From Mobula hypostoma (Eukaryota): DNA of 64,000 nt. The notes under the pieces were generated by a model. It was not told the DNA's origin and did not search any database. It worked only from the letters and a program-made list of their open reading frames with translations. A program made the position numbers and the translations under genes. The stretch lies in contig NC_086108.1 in NCBI RefSeq assembly GCF_963921235.1, positions 13,454,001-13,518,000 of the forward strand. Direction: 5' to 3'. Numbering within the stretch: position 1 is the stretch's first letter; the number at the start of each line of letters is the position of its first letter. Of the stretch, positions 25,141-39,524 are shown piece by piece.

Positions 25141-25437
25141 AATATTCTAATGTTGTCTGACCGATCCCTTATAAGGCTGCACTGTCCATTACATCCTTGC
25201 TTTAATATTCTAGGCCGCTGGAAATGAATACTAATGCTGCATTTGCCTCCACTACCACTCCAGAAGGCAATTCCAGGCATCCACCACTCTCTGAGTAAAA
25301 GGCTGCACTGCACGTCTCTTCTGAACATGCCCCCTTTCATCTTAAATGCATGCCTTCCAGTATTAGACATTTCAAATCAAAAAAAGATACTATCTCTCTA
25401 TTTATTTATTTTATTTAGAGATACAGCCTGGAACAGG

Positions 25438-25795
25438 GATAGATAAGATGGAGGCAGGAAAGTTTCACTAGTAGGTGAGACGAGAACTAGGAGACATAGC
25501 TTCAAGATTCAGGGGAGTAGATTTAGGACAGAGATGAGGAGGAACTGCTTTTCCCAAACAGTGGTGAATCTGTGGAATTCTCTGCCCAATGAAGCAGTGG
25601 AGGCTACCTCAGTGAATGTATCAAAGAGAAGGCTGGACAGATTTTTGCATTGTAGGGGAATTAAGGGTTATGGGGAAAAGGCAGGTAGGTGGAGATGGGT
25701 CCATGTTCAGATCGGCCATGATCTTATTGAATGGTGGAGCAGGCTCGATGGGCCAGATGGCCAACTACTGCTCCTAGTCCTTTATGTTCTGATGT
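25438..25795 (+). mobile_element. CR1 3' fragment inserted in a SINE tail
   Basis: MRRNCFSQTVVNLWNSLP. The flanks (25400-25437 and 25796-25900) resemble the SINE tail at 11555-11680. Confidence 0.8.
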
Positions 25796-26699
25796 GACAG
25801 GCCCTTTGGGTGAAACAAGCCGTGACACCCAGCATCTCACCTATGAGCACTAGCCTAATCACAGGTCAATTTAACAATGACCAATTAACCTACTAACTAG
25901 TAATTCTGTACTCTACTATGCCCCTCATAAAGTGTTACATGACTTCATCACTAATACCGGGGAAGCTTCAGATGTTTTAACCCTGCATTATGTAGTTAAC
26001 CCGGGCCGCTGCAGGTTGCATTAACCCTAACCCCAGTCACTGAACCTGTTCTGGATCCTCGGCCTAGAGCTGTTTCAGTCTCAATGACTGTATAAATACT
26101 TAGATATAGTTTCATTCACTACCTTACTTACAGGTCAGGATAGTGACTGACCTGTTCACCTATGTATGTAGTATTTGATGCCAGCACTCTATTTCTTAAA
26201 GCCAAGCCTCTCCGGAGCTTGGAATGTATTTGCTGTCTGTTGAAACAGCTGCAGGAGGCAGAGAGTAGGAGAGTAGGAGGACTGCCCTCTGCAGTGGAGG
26301 GGACTGGTGGGCTTCTCAGTAGCTGATAGTGCTGCCGCCCCACAGTTCCAGAGATCCAGCATCAATACTGACTTGGGTATTGTCTATGTGAAATTTGCAC
26401 TTGCTCTCTGTGGGTTTTCTCTGGGTGCTCTGGTGCCTTCACACATTCCGAAGACATGGGTTAATATATCATTGTCAAATTGCCCCAAGGGTGTGGGAGA
26501 ATCAAAGTAGAGTTAATGGACACGTGAGAGAGAATGGGTTACAAGGATCTTGGTTCGGAAAAGTGAGTTAGGGGACTGCCAGGGGAGCCAGCACAAACTC
26601 AATGGACCAAATACCCTCCAGCTGTGTGGTAATAAAAGATTAAAGATAATAAAAGCATCTCTAAAGCACAAAATAGTATCAAAGCATCCAGCCCAGATG

Positions 26700-28922
26700 G
26701 GGTACCTGACCAAGTAGCAAAGACCTGTGCCATTCAACTGGCTGTAGTGTTCACTGAGATCTTTAACCTTTCACTCTGGCAGTCTGAGGTACCCACCTGC
26801 TTCAAGCAGGCTTCAATTATACTGGTGCCCATGAAGAACATGATGACCTGTCTCAATGACTGTGTCCAGTAGCACTTACACCCACTGTGATAAAGTGCTT
26901 TGAGAGTTTGGTAACGAAGCATCTCCTTCCTGACGAGCAGCTTGGATCCATTCCAGTTTCAAAGTTCAAAGCTCATTTATTATCGAAGTATGTATACATT
27001 ATACAACCTTGAGATTTGTCCCCTTACAGGCAGCCACAAAACAAAGAAACCCAAAAGAAGCCATTAGAAATAAGACCAACGGACACCCATGAAGTCTGGA
27101 GTAGGCGGAGCAGGCCTACAGCCTCAGCCTCAGTGCAGTAAAGAGCAGAGGAAGCGTTGCTGAGCTAGGACAACCCTTGTCTCCAGTCCTGACACCCTGC
27201 CTTTTCAATCCATCCTGATCAGCCTCTAAACCATCCAAATATTGGGTCATCCCTTGCTCTGAGACCCCGTCTCTGTCACATCAATACCTTCTGGGTCTGG
27301 ACCCCGCCGCCACGCTCCAGCCTGTACCCTACTTTCCAAGTCTTCCTGGCGCTTAGATCAATCAGATCTCACTCACAGTTTAGGCAGATGGGCTCCAAGA
27401 CATTTCCACTCTGCATGCCCCAATTCCGCCTTGACCATGTCTCAACCTCGCTCTGACCACTTCTCCTCAAACATGCCTTGACCCCACTCCGACTTTGCAG
27501 CACACCCGTACACCTTGACCTGTGTGTTTGGCCTCATCTCCACATTGTTTGCAGTGATGGCTCACCATATAATCTTTGCAGGAAGAGCGTTATTAATAAA
27601 GCATTTAATTGTTTTTCTTGCTTTGGGAACGGCCAACAAGTTGTTGCTTTTCCCCAGCAAATCATCTTAAACAGGACGTTTTTGCCCACAGTCACAACAG
27701 GTTAACAGCAGATGCCTTCTCATTGGCTCTCCACTCAAATCTGGAACATCTGGACAGTGAAGATGCATACATCAGGAACCTCTATCAACTACATCTTGGC
27801 TTTCAAAAAGAAAATCAATAACTTGGCCTCAATACCTCTTTGGGGAACTAGATCCTCAATTTCCTCACTACCAGTCCGTTCAAATTTTCAACAACATCTT
27901 CCCTACAATCACCAGCAGCACAGGTGCTCCACAAGGCTGTGTGCTTAGCTCCCTACACTACTTAAGGAGAGTTCCAATGCTGCATTTAACTTGGCTGAGT
28001 TAAAGATAATGAGGGAATCAGCATTTTGGAGAGAGATTGAAATCAGACTGAGTGGTGCCACAATAAAAACTTCACACTCAATGTCAGCAAAACCGAAGAG
28101 CTGATTATTGACTATAAGAGGAGGAAACCAAAAGTCCATGAGCCAGTCCTCATTGGGGCGGGGGGGGGGAGGGGGTGTCAGAGGTAGAGCCGGCAACTTT
28201 AATTTCCTCAGTGTTATCATTTCAGCGGATCTGTCCTGCCTCCAACTCATGAGCGCCATTACAGAAAAGCACAGTGGGACATCTACTTTCTTAGGAGTTT
28301 GTGAAGATTGGGCATGTCATCTCAAACTCTGATAACATCATATAGATGCACAGTGACTGGTTGCATCATGGCCTGATGTAAAAACACCAATGTCCTTAAA
28401 CCGAGAAGCCTACAAAAATGAGTAGATATAGACCAGTGCATTGCGGGTCAAGCCCTCCCACCACTGACCACAGTTACATGGAGTACTGTAGCAGGAAAAC
28501 ATCTTCCATCATCAAGGTCCCCGTCATCCTGGCCTTGTTCTCTTCACATTGAGAAAATAGTGGAGCTGGTACAGCAGCCTTAAGTCCCACACCACCGGGT
28601 TCAGGAACAGCTGGTACTCTTCAACCATCAGGCTTTTGAACCAGAGGAGATAACTTCACTTACCCTACACTGAAATGATTCCACAACCTATGGAGTCACT
28701 TTCAAGGACTCTACCACGTGTGTTCTCCATATTTATTGCTTTTTTCCCTCTTTTCTTTTCATATTTGCAGTTTGTTATCTTTTGAACATCCACTGTTTGT
28801 CCATCTCGGTCATGTGTGGTCTTTCATTAATTCTATTGTGTTTCTTTGTACTTACCATGAATGCCCACAAGAAAATGAACCTTAGGGTAGCATATGGTGA
28901 CGTACGTGTAGTTTGACCTTTG
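26700..28922 (+). mobile_element. Degenerate Rex1/Babar LINE with an internal minus-strand insertion (~26958-27640)
   Basis: DNA matches Rex motifs (FNLSL...[33 protein letters not shown]) and the 3' UTR. Confidence 0.75.
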
Positions 28923-29189
28923 AAATTAAGTGACAGAAAGTGGATACCGAAATGATACGAGGGCTGTGAACAGATGGGTGGTGTAGGATTCAGAAGCTGA
29001 ACAGGTGGAGGATGTGTGATGAAGCACAGTCAGCAACGGTGACAAGGCTAGGGCTACTTTTCAGAGACTGCAGTCTTTTAATTTCCAACAGCAGCGCAAA
29101 TGCCACACAGACCACCAGAGGTCAGGATCAAAATCTATTTACGACAGCTCCATGTATTTCATGGAACAGCACAGGAACAATCTAGCAAT

Positions 29190-29510
29190 TAAAAGGCGGT
29201 GGGCGGTAGAGAGGGACAGCGGGGAAAGGGGAAATGGAGATGAGGGAAAATGGGGTAAGGGGAGGGGGCAGACAGAGGTAGAGGTTTAGGGGAGAGACGA
29301 GGAGAAGGGGGAAGAGACAAAGGGAGTGGCAAGAGGCAAAGGGAGGAGGGGACAAGAGTAGATGGGGAGGGGAGTGGGTGAGGGAAAGAGGGAGAGGGTA
29401 AATGGGAAGGGGAGGAGAGATGGGAGGGGGAGGTAGGGATGGAGAAGATGGGAAGGGCAGAGGGGGAGAGCGAGGAGGTGGTTTGAGAGGAGTGGGGGAG
29501 CGAAGAGGGT
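29190..29510. repeat. G/purine-rich tract (G-quadruplex-prone)
   Basis: Dense GGG/GGGG runs. Confidence 0.85.
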
Positions 29511-30134
29511 GTACTCACTGCTCTTTCTGACAGGAGTATGTGTAAGGGGCAGTATCTTTGGACCTTCTGATGGAATGGGGCAAGTAGAGTAAGACTATGC
29601 AGTATGAGGTAAAGAGCAAGGGATTTAAAATGGATATCGGGGGCAGCCTCTTCATGCAAAGGATGGTGTGTACTTGGAATGAGTTTTTAGAAATAGTGGA
29701 TGAGGTGGACACATTAGCAAAATTTAAAAGCCATCAAAAATGTACATTTTATTAGGCTACAGTATGTCCAAACTTGGGCAGATGGGACAAATATACAGGA
29801 CAACATGGGTGCCACGGATCATGTAGGCAAAGGGCCTGTTTGCATGTTGTATGACTCTACAACTCTATCTCTGGATCTTCTCAAAGGACCAGGATGAAGG
29901 CGAAAGCATCTCTGAACCTCATGGGAAGGGGAATGTAGGGACAGAATCAAACAGGAAATCACAGAAGTTGGCTAAATGACACTGTAGAGGATGAAGAGTT
30001 GAAGGTGTATCATATGGGTTTTGATCTGTCAATTGATATTCCAATTGATAGTCCTAAATAGGATCCTGTGCAAGGTAGAGTTAATCAATCATCCTGTTGT
30101 GCCGGGACTTCTGGGAATAGAATTGATCAGCCTT

Positions 30135-30960
30135 ACCTTAAATAATAACGAGGCAGCCTACAGAGAAGAAGTCGTCACCCTGATACAGTGGTGTCAAGAA
30201 AACAACTTTTCCCTCAATGTCGCAAAAACAAAGGACTACAGGATGGATGGAGACAGGTTCACCCCTATTGACATCAATGAATCTAGGGTTGAGAGGGTGA
30301 ACAGCTTCAAGTTCCTCGGTATACACATCACTGAGGATCTCACGTGGTCTGTACATACTGGCGCTGTAGCGAGAAAAGCACAACAGCACCTTTTTCACCT
30401 CAGAAGGTTGAAGAAGTTCGGCATGAGTCCCCAGGTCCTAAGTACTTTCTATAGGGGCACAATTGAGAGCATCCTGACTGGCCGTGTCACTTCCTGATAT
30501 GGAAACTGTACTTCCCTCAATCACAGGACTCTGCAGAGAGTGGTGTGGACAGCCCAGTGCATCTGTAGACGTGAACTTCCCACTATTCAGGACATTTACA
30601 AAGACAGGTGCATAAAAAGGGCCCCGAAGGATCACTGGGGACCCGAGCCACCCCAACCACAAACTGTTCCAGCTGTTAACATCTGGGAAATGGTAACCCA
30701 CAGCATTAAAGCCAGGAATAACAGCATCTGGGACAGCTTCTTCCACCAGGCCATCAGGCTGATTAATTCATGCTGACACAATTGTATTTCTAAGCTATAT
30801 TGACTGTTCTGTTGTATATCTTACTGTACGCACTATTGATTACAACTTGCAAATTGCACATTCCGACAGAGATGTAACGTAAAGATTTTTACTCCTCATG
30901 TATGTGAAGGATGTGAGAAATAAAGTCAATTCAATTCAGTAAAGTCAATTCAATTTTCCA
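30135..30960 (+). mobile_element. Rex1/Babar LINE 3' part
   Basis: NNEAAYREEV..L.QWCQENNFSLNVAKTK...FKFLGIHITEDLTWS; tail aataaagtcaattcaattc. Confidence 0.88.
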
Positions 30961-31059
30961 CTCAAATGGAGTGCTTCAATCTGATGTTCTCTAGACTGAA
31001 GTACTCCAGTCCTGAAGAGAGAATGTAGGGAGAATAGGTAGAAAGCTAAAAAGCAGGAC

Positions 31060-33938
31060 TTCTGATTGCTGCCTGTGCCATGCACCACCGTAGGTGAGAA
31101 TAGATGATTTGGCTGATGTATGCGTGACTGAGGAATTGGTGCATGGGGCAGTGTTTCAGACTTCTGGATCATTGGGATCTCTTCTGGGGTTAGAAGCATT
31201 TAAAAACCAACAGAAGGCAACTAAAAAAAACCCATAAGGAGATAAAAGATTAACTATGAAGGTAATCTAGTCAATAATATAAAAGAAAATATCAAAAGTT
31301 TTTTCAGATATATAAAGAGAGGCGAGATTGGATACGAGACTGCTGAAGAGGTAGAAATGGGGAGAAAGAAATGATGGACAAACTTAAAAAGTATTTTGTA
31401 TCAGTCTTCACTATGGAAGATACGAGTAATATGCCAGGAATGCGAGTGTGTCAGGGAGCAGAAGTGAGTGTAGTTGCTATTACTAAGGAAAAGGTGCTTG
31501 GGAAGCTGAAAGGTTTGAAGATAGACAAGTCACCTGCACCAGCTGGACTACACCTTAGGTTCCTGAAAAAGGTAGCAGAAGAGATTGTTGGGGCATTAGT
31601 AATGATCGTTCAAGAATCACTTGATTCTGGAATGGTTCCGAAGGACTGGAAAATTGCAAGGGAGAGAGGCAGAAGAAAGGAAATTATAGGCCAAGTAGCC
31701 TGACTTGAGTGCTTGGGAAGATGTTGGAGTCCATTATTAAGGATAAGGTTTGGGGGTATTTACAGGCACATGATAAAATAGGCCAAAGTCAGCATGGTTT
31801 CCTTTGGGGAAAATCTTGCCTGACAAATCTATTAGGATTCTTTGAGGAAATAACAAGCAGGACAGACAAATGGGCGTCAGTGGGTGTTGTTTATTTGGAT
31901 TTTCAGAAGGTCTTTGACAAAGTGCCAAACATCAGGCTACTTAACAAGAGCCCATACTATTGCAGTATGCATACTAGAATGGATAGAAGATTGTCTGACT
32001 GGCAGGAGGCAAAGAATAGAAATAAAGGAGTCCTTTTCTGGTTGGCTCCCAGTGATTAGAGGTGTTCCACAGGGACTGGTGTTGTGACTGCTTCTTTTCA
32101 TGTTAAATGTCAATGATTTGGATGACGGAGTTGATGGCTTTATGGCCAAGTTGGTGGACGATAGGAAAGTAGGTGGAGGGGCAGGTAGTGTTGAGGAAGC
32201 AGAGTCTGCAGAAAGATCTAGACAGATTAGGGGAACGGGCAATGAAGTAGCAGAGAAAATATAGTGTCGGGAAGTGAATGGTCATTTGATTGAGGAATAA
32301 AGGTGACTGTTGTCTAAAATAGTCTAAACAGGGAGAAAATTCAAAAATCAGAGGTGCAAAGGGACTTGCGAACCCTTGTGCAGGATTTCATAAAGATCAA
32401 CTTGCAGATTGAATCGGTAGAAGGGAAGGCAAATGCAATGTCAGTATTCATTCAGGACGACTAGAGTATAAGAACAAGTATGTAATGTTGAAGCTTTTTA
32501 AGGCGTTTGTCAGACCACCTATGGTTTGGAGTATTACGAGCAATTTTGAGCCCTTTATCCAAGAAAAGGTGTGCAAATTTTGGAGAGGGTCCAGAGGCAT
32601 TCACAAGAATGATTCCAGGAATGAAAGGATTCATGTATAAGGGGAATTTCATGGCTCTGGGCCTGTACCTGTTGGCATTTGTAGGAATAAGTGTGTTGGT
32701 TGGGGGTGGGGGGAGAGATGTGGGGGTGAAATCTCATTGAAACCTATCAAATTTTGAAAGGCCTAGATAAAGTGGATGTGGGGAGAATGTTTCCTATTGT
32801 AGGGAGAGTCCCAGAACCACAGGCCCCAACCTCAGAATACAAGGATGTTCCTTTAGAACAGAGATGAGGAGAAATTTCTTTAGCCAGGGGGTAGTGAATA
32901 TGTGGAATTCATTTTGTGACGAAAAACCAAGTTATCAGAAGATTGATGCTAATGAGAGAGAGATAAGTGAGCCAATGGAGAAACATTCAAAATGTTAATA
33001 AGAGAGAGAAGAGAGAGATTAACGAGAAAGAAACACATTTCAGAATATTGACAGACCGGTTGCTTTGAACCTGAACTGTTTGAAGTTTGATGGACAGGCG
33101 ATACCCCAGCAGGGGGATAAAAAGAACAGGTTCGCTAAGGCACGAGACACCACGAGATCACGAGATAACGAGACCCTGGAAGAGCGGTGTACCCCCACAA
33201 GTTGGTGGGAGTTTGGAGGTTTGATCGCGGGAACCGACCATAGACACATAGGGTGAAAAGGGACGATCGACGGGAACCTGGTGTGAGTGTCCACCCTTGC
33301 CTGGGTGCCGGGTTCACCGCGGAAGAACGGTCGTATCCGGAATGGAGGGGTCACAGTCGGTGACCACAGAAGACATAAAAGGGTTCGCCCGAGAGCTAAC
33401 CACGAAAAACATCAAAGGTCTGTCTGAATCCAATTTGCATATTCTCTCTCCAAAGGCACAACAGCGACTACTGCGAACTGTACTAAGCTGAACTGAACTC
33501 TGCGTCACTTGAGACTGATCATTTACCCCTAGACTGCGATAGAGCTTGGTTGATTCCTATTACCCTAGTTCTGTGTACATGTGTGTTTTATCATTGCTAA
33601 CCTGTTCCATTTATATCCTTACGATTAGAGTACTGTGTTACTTATTTCTTTAATAAAACTTTATTAGTTTCTAGTAAACCAGACTCCAACTAAGTGGTCC
33701 ATTTCTGCTGGTTTGGCAACCCATTTACGGGGTACGTAACAATTGCCATAGCTGGCTTGGTGTTCAAGTCATTTAATATGTTTAGAGCAAAGGTTCATAT
33801 GTTCTTGATTAGTCAGGAGGTCAAGGTTTACGGGAGAAGCCAAGAGAATGGAGTTGAGAGGAATAATATATCGACCATGATGAATGGTGCAGCAGACTCA
33901 ATGGGCTGAATGGCCTAATTCTGCTCCTGTGGTCTTGT
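31060..33938 (+). mobile_element. Degenerate CR1 interrupted by a solo LTR
   Basis: ORFs 31371-31703 and 31709-32059 (SQHGF..GKSCLTNL..FFE, YLDFQK.FDKVP). The 3' UTR resumes at 33742. Confidence 0.88.
32915..33741 (+). mobile_element. Solo LTR (827 bp), related to 5337-6278
   Basis: TGTGAC...GTAACA termini, TSD ATTT/ATTG, shared 3' end (AATAAA...gactccaa...tctgctgg...ggggtacgtRaca). Confidence 0.85.
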
Positions 33939-34064
33939 AATACCAGTGCCCTGAAATTTAGGGAGGAAAGTATGAAGGTCTGAGGGGGAAGTTGTCTATT
34001 ATACAATTGGAGTTGTCAGAACTGGTCAACCATTTCATTGGTTCTTCTCTCAACCCCAGAAGAT

Positions 34065-34970
34065 CTGGAGGGAAATTGAAAATCTGGATGAGTGGTGCCA
34101 CAACAACAATCTCTCACTCAGTGTCAGTAAGATCAAGAGGCTGATTATTGACTTTGGGAGGAGGAAACCAGAGGTCCATAAGTTGAAGGTTCAAAGTAAA
34201 TTTATTATCAAAGTACAAATATGTCATCATACACAGTCCTGAGATACATTTTCTTGTGGGCACACTCAGTAAAAGCAAGAACCATAATAGAATCAATGAA
34301 AGACCGCATCTAACAGAGCTAGACAAACAGCCAATATGCAAAAGACAACAAACTGCGCTAATACAAAAGGAAAATAATAATAATAAATAAATAAGCAATA
34401 AGTTCAGAGGTGAGGAGGGTCAGCACCTTTGAATTCCTTGGTGTTATCACTTTGGAGGATCTGTCCTGGGTCCAGCAGGTAAATGCAATTACAAAGAAAG
34501 GATGGTAGTGCCTCCACTTCCTTAGGAGTTTGTGAAGATCAGCATGACATCTAAAACTTTGACAATCATCTATACATGTGTAGTGGAGAGTATACTGACT
34601 GGTTGCATCACAGCCTGGTATGGAAACAACAATGTCTTTGAATGGAAAAGCCTACAAAATTAGTGGATATGGCCCAGTCGATCATGGGTAAAGCCCTCCC
34701 AGCTATTGAGCACATCTACATGAAGAGCTGTTGCATGCAAGCAGCATCCATTAAGGACTCTCGCCATTCAGGACATGGTCTCTTCCCACTGCAGTCATCA
34801 GGAGCCATAGGACCCACACCACCAGGTTCAGGACAGTTATTACTCCTCAACCATCAGGCTCTTGAACCGAAGGGAATAACTTCACTCATTCCACTGTTCC
34901 CACAACCTATCAACTCACTTTCAAGGACCGTGAATGTCCACAAGAAAATGAATCTTAGGGTTGTATATTA
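34065..34970 (+). mobile_element. Rex1/Babar LINE fragment with nested inverted tail repeat (~34185-34403)
   Basis: Motifs homologous to 20025-20625 and 28000-28920. The tail appears to resume at ~37250. Confidence 0.75.
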
Positions 34971-35029
34971 GTTTTTTTAGAATATTAGTATATTATATTA
35001 TATACATTAGTTATATTAGTATTTTAGTT

Positions 35030-37250
35030 TCAATATATTTATGGAGAAGGATAGGACTGGACCCAGGGTTGAAATTTTTGATTGGAGAAAGACTAACTTT
35101 GAGGAGATGCGAAAGGATTTAGAAGGAGTGGATTGGGACAATTTGCTTTATGGAAAGGATGTAATAGAGAAATGGAAGTCATTTAAAGGTGAAATTTTGA
35201 GGGTACAGAATCTTTATGTTCCTGTTAGGTTGAAAGGAAAGGTTAAAAGTTTGAGAGAGCTATGGTTTTCAAGGGATATTGGAAACTTTGTTCAGAAAAA
35301 GAGAGAGATCTACAATAATTATAGGCAGCTTGAAGTAAATGAGGTGCTTGAGGAATATAAAGAATGTAAAAAGAACCTTAAGAAAGAAATTAGAAAAGTT
35401 AAAAGAAGATATGAGGTTGCTTTGGCAAGTAAGGTGAAAATAAATCCAAAGGGTTTCTACAGTATATTAATAGCAAAAGGATAGTGAGGGATAAAATTGG
35501 TCCCTTAGAGAATCAGAGTGGACGGCTATGTGTGGAACCAAAAGAGATGGGGGAGATTTTGAACAATTTCTTTTCTTCGGAATTCACTAGGAGAAGGATA
35601 TTGAATTGTGTAAGGTAAGGCAAACAAGTAGGGTAGTTATGGAAACTATGATGATTAAAGAAGAGGAAGTACTGGCACTCTTAAGGAATGTAAAAGTGGA
35701 TAAGTCTCCAGGCCCTTACAATATATTCCCTAGGACCTTGAGGGAAGTTAGTGTGGAAATAGCAGGGGCTCTGACAGAAATATTTCAAATGTCATTAGAA
35801 ACGGGGATGGAGACGGAGGATTGGCGTATTGCTCATGTGGTTCCATTGTTTAAAAAGGGTTCTAAGAGTAAACCTAGAAATTATCGACCTGTGAGTTTGA
35901 CATCAGTGGTGGGTAAATTGATGAAAAGTATTCTTAGAGATGGTGTATATAATTATCTGGATAGACAGGGTCTGGTTAGGAACAGTCAACATGGATTTGT
36001 GCATGGAAAGTCAAGCTTGACAAATCTTACTGAATTTTTTGAAGATGTTACTAGGAAATTTGACGAGGGTAAAGCGGTGGATATTGTCTATATGGTTTTC
36101 AGTAAGGCCTTTGATAAGGTAGTTAGAAGGTTAGTTAGGAAGGTTCAATCATTAGGTGTTAATATTGAAGTAGTAAAATGGACTCAGCAGTGGCTGGATG
36201 GGAGACGCCAGAGAGTAGTGGTGGATAACTGTTTGTCAGATTGGAGGCCGGTAACTAGTGGTGTGCCTCAGGGATCTGTATGGGGTCCAATGTTGTTCGT
36301 CATATATATTAATGATCTGGATGATGGGGTGGTAAATTGGATTAGTAAGTATGCAGATGATACTAAGATAGGTGGAGTTGTGCATAATGAAGCAGGTTTT
36401 CAAAGCTTGCAGAGATTTAGGCCAGTTAGAAGAGTGGGCTGAAAGATGGCAGATGAAATTTAATGCTAATAAATGTGAGGTGCTACATTTTGGTAGGACT
36501 AATCAAAATAGGACGTACATGGTAAATGGTAGGGCATTGAAGAATGCAGTAAAACAGAGGGATCTAGGAATAATGGTGCATAGTTCCCTGAAGGTGGAAT
36601 CTCATGTGGATAGAGTGGTGAAGAAAGCTTTTGGTATGCTGGCCGTTATAAATCAGAGCTTTGAGTATAGGAGTTGGGATGTAATGTTGAAATTGTTCAA
36701 GGCATTGGTAAGGCCAAATTTGGAGTACTGTGTACAGTTCTGGTCACTAAATTATAGGAAAGATGTCAACAAAATTGAGAGAGTACAGGGAAGATTTACT
36801 AGAATGTTACCTGGGTTTCACAACCTAGATTGAACAAGTTGGGTCTTTATTCTTTGGAGCGTAGAAGGTTGAGGGGGGACTTGACAGAGGTATTTAAAAT
36901 TATGAGGGGGATAGATAGAGTTGACATGGATAGGCTTTAACCATTGAGAGTGGGGGAGATTCAAACAAGAGGACATGAGTTGAGAGTTAAAGGGAAAAAG
37001 TTTAGGGGTAACATGAGGGGGAACTTCTTTACTCAGAGAGTGGTAGCCGTGTGGAACGAGCTTCCAGCAGAAGTGGTTGAGGCAGGTTCGATGTTGTCAT
37101 TTAAAGTTAAATTGGATAGATATATGGACAGGAAAGGAATGGAGGGTTATGGGGTGAGTGCAGGTCGGTGGGACTAGGTGAGAGTAATAGTTCGGCACGG
37201 ACTAGAAGGGCCGGGACGGCCTGTTTCCGTGCTGTAATTGTTGTATGGTT
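35030..37250 (+). mobile_element. 5'-truncated CR1 ORF2 (frameshifted) + 3' UTR
   Basis: ORFs 35041-35484, 35606-36442 (GVPQGSVWGP, YADDTK), 36372-36833 and 36944-37177. Confidence 0.95.
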
Positions 37251-37367
37251 ATATGGAGACATATATGTACTTTGATAATAAATTTACTTTGAACTTTAGC
37301 AATGGATAGACAATGCTTATTATTAAAGGAAATGTTGGGAAGAAGCTGCCATTACTAAAGTCTAAGT

Positions 37368-37725
37368 TATAAGATGATAAGAGCAGAATTAGGCTATCTG
37401 GCCAGTCGAGTCTGCTCCTCCATTTCATCATGGCTGATCTATTTTTCCTCTCAGCCCCAATCTCCTGCCTTCTCTCCATCTCCCTTCGTGCCCTGACTAA
37501 TCAAGAATCTATCAATCCCTGCCTTAAATATGCATAAAGGCTTAACCTCCACAGCCGCCCGGGGCAAAGAATTCCTCAGATTCATCACTCTCTGGTTAAA
37601 GAAATTCCTCATGTCCATTCTAAAAGGACATTCCTCTATCCTAAGGTTGTGTCCTCTGGTCTTAGACTCTCCCACTATAGGAAACATCCTCTCCACATCC
37701 ACTCTATCAAGGCCTTTCACCATTT
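37368..37725 (-). mobile_element. CR1 3' fragment
   Basis: ORF 37451-37723. Confidence 0.88.
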
Positions 37726-39334
37726 AATAATAATATCTAATAATACTGTTATTCGACAATAATAAGTTATGACACTTATTAGCACAAAGAAGAAACAGTC
37801 TTTATGAATAATTTTAAAATGTAAATTGGACATTAAAGATCAGCTGTGTGTACAACCTGTACTGGCTACATAGCACGGGTGACTATTCCACAGCAATCTA
37901 AAGACTTGATTTGTAAATTGACGTGACTATCATACGTTCTCACATATATTGGACACAGGTACAGACAATGAGAGTAACATTGATTGGCCTGTATTACATC
38001 AGACATCTTCAACCAAGATATTTTGCATCATTGTTACAGAGATCAAGAGAAGTTCCAGACTGATTTGTTAGTCATTTTTCAATTCAAACATAGTGGATGA
38101 CATATTTTCCCATCTGTAAATAATTGGGATTTCTTTATACCCCAAAGTCAGCCCCCACACCACTAATTCTACATCCCTGCAGTTTCTGTCCTCGAACTGT
38201 TAGACAATTCATGAGAATTACTCTGTGTCAACAAAGGTGTTTGATGCGCTCATACTGTGCTCCCAAGCTTTCAAGCTGTGCTCCCATATGTGATACAATG
38301 GAATGATGAAACCTGAAATGTAAACTGCACAATTGGAACTATTTAACAGGTGTATTTTATCACCTGCTGGTACCTTTGTTTTTAAAAGTATAAAAACTCA
38401 ATGTACTTTGATTTGGCAGAGACTCTGCCAGTAGAGAGTCTTCCACCAAGAGGGAAAATGAAGTATACCAGTAAACTTATAAGAATATAAGACAAACAGT
38501 ACCTGATGGGTCAAAGGGCTCTGCTATGACGCTAACATGAAAGTGAACTGCAAAACTTCTACAGGTATGTGAAACATAGAGATCCAAATGCTGTTACAGT
38601 CAGAGCTGGACTGGAGTTAAAATGGAGCCAAGAAATGGCAGCACAGTTATGTAAATACAGTACTTTGGACCTGTCTTCACTCTAGATGACAGTCCAGTGA
38701 AAAAGGAGGAATTAAAGGGAATTAATGTGATTGAAAGACAATCAACCATGGGGCTTGATGATCTGAATCTCAGGGTGCTAACCGTGGTAGCCATGGAGAC
38801 AGTGTCTGCATTGGATTCAAGTTTATCGATTCTGGAACAGCTGCTGCAGATCCAAGAGTGATAAAGCTACCAACCCACCGGAAAGAGAAAAACAAGGACT
38901 AGCTGACCTAGATTCAGTGGCAAGGAAAATGCGATCAGAATGGAAGTAATAAGGTTTCAGAAACAGCACAGTTGGGCAACTGCCTCACAGTTCCAGATCA
39001 GCAGCTTCAATCCTGACCTTCGATGCTGTGTGTAGTTTACATGATTCCAATCTTTCAGAACTGGATTAACGTCTATATTGAACATTCAGTGAAAGGCATC
39101 GTTTGAATTGACAACCAACACAATCTGATGATGTGCTGGGGCAGCCTGTGAGGGGCACCACATAACACAGCAGCAACATAGCAAGCCCACAATGTTCAAT
39201 AGAACAACACAACCAACAACAATAGAACAGCAGTCAAATAGTAGCAAGGGAAGCCCCTTTACTCCCTCCAACCCACCCACTCACACACTAACATGCTCCC
39301 CCACGCCCTGCCTCTTACCTCCAGTGAACTCTCA

Positions 39335-39524
39335 GACACTGATCTCCAGCTTTCCCAGAGATCTCAGACACTGATCTCCAGCTCTCCCAGAGATCACAGA
39401 CTCTGATCTCCAGCTCTCCCAGAGATCTCAGACACTGATCTCCAGCTCTTCCACTGGACTCACAGACACTGATCTCCAGCTCTCCCAGAGATCTCAGACA
39501 CTGATCTCCAGCTCTTCCACTGGA
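39335..39524. repeat. 32-bp minisatellite, left part (GATCTCCAGCTCTCCCAGAGATCTCAGACACT)
   Basis: About 6 direct tandem copies with two alternating variants. Confidence 0.95.

Noticed and set aside
25975..26035. Telomere-like TAACCC motifs
   Set aside because: Only a few scattered units; not an interstitial telomeric array.
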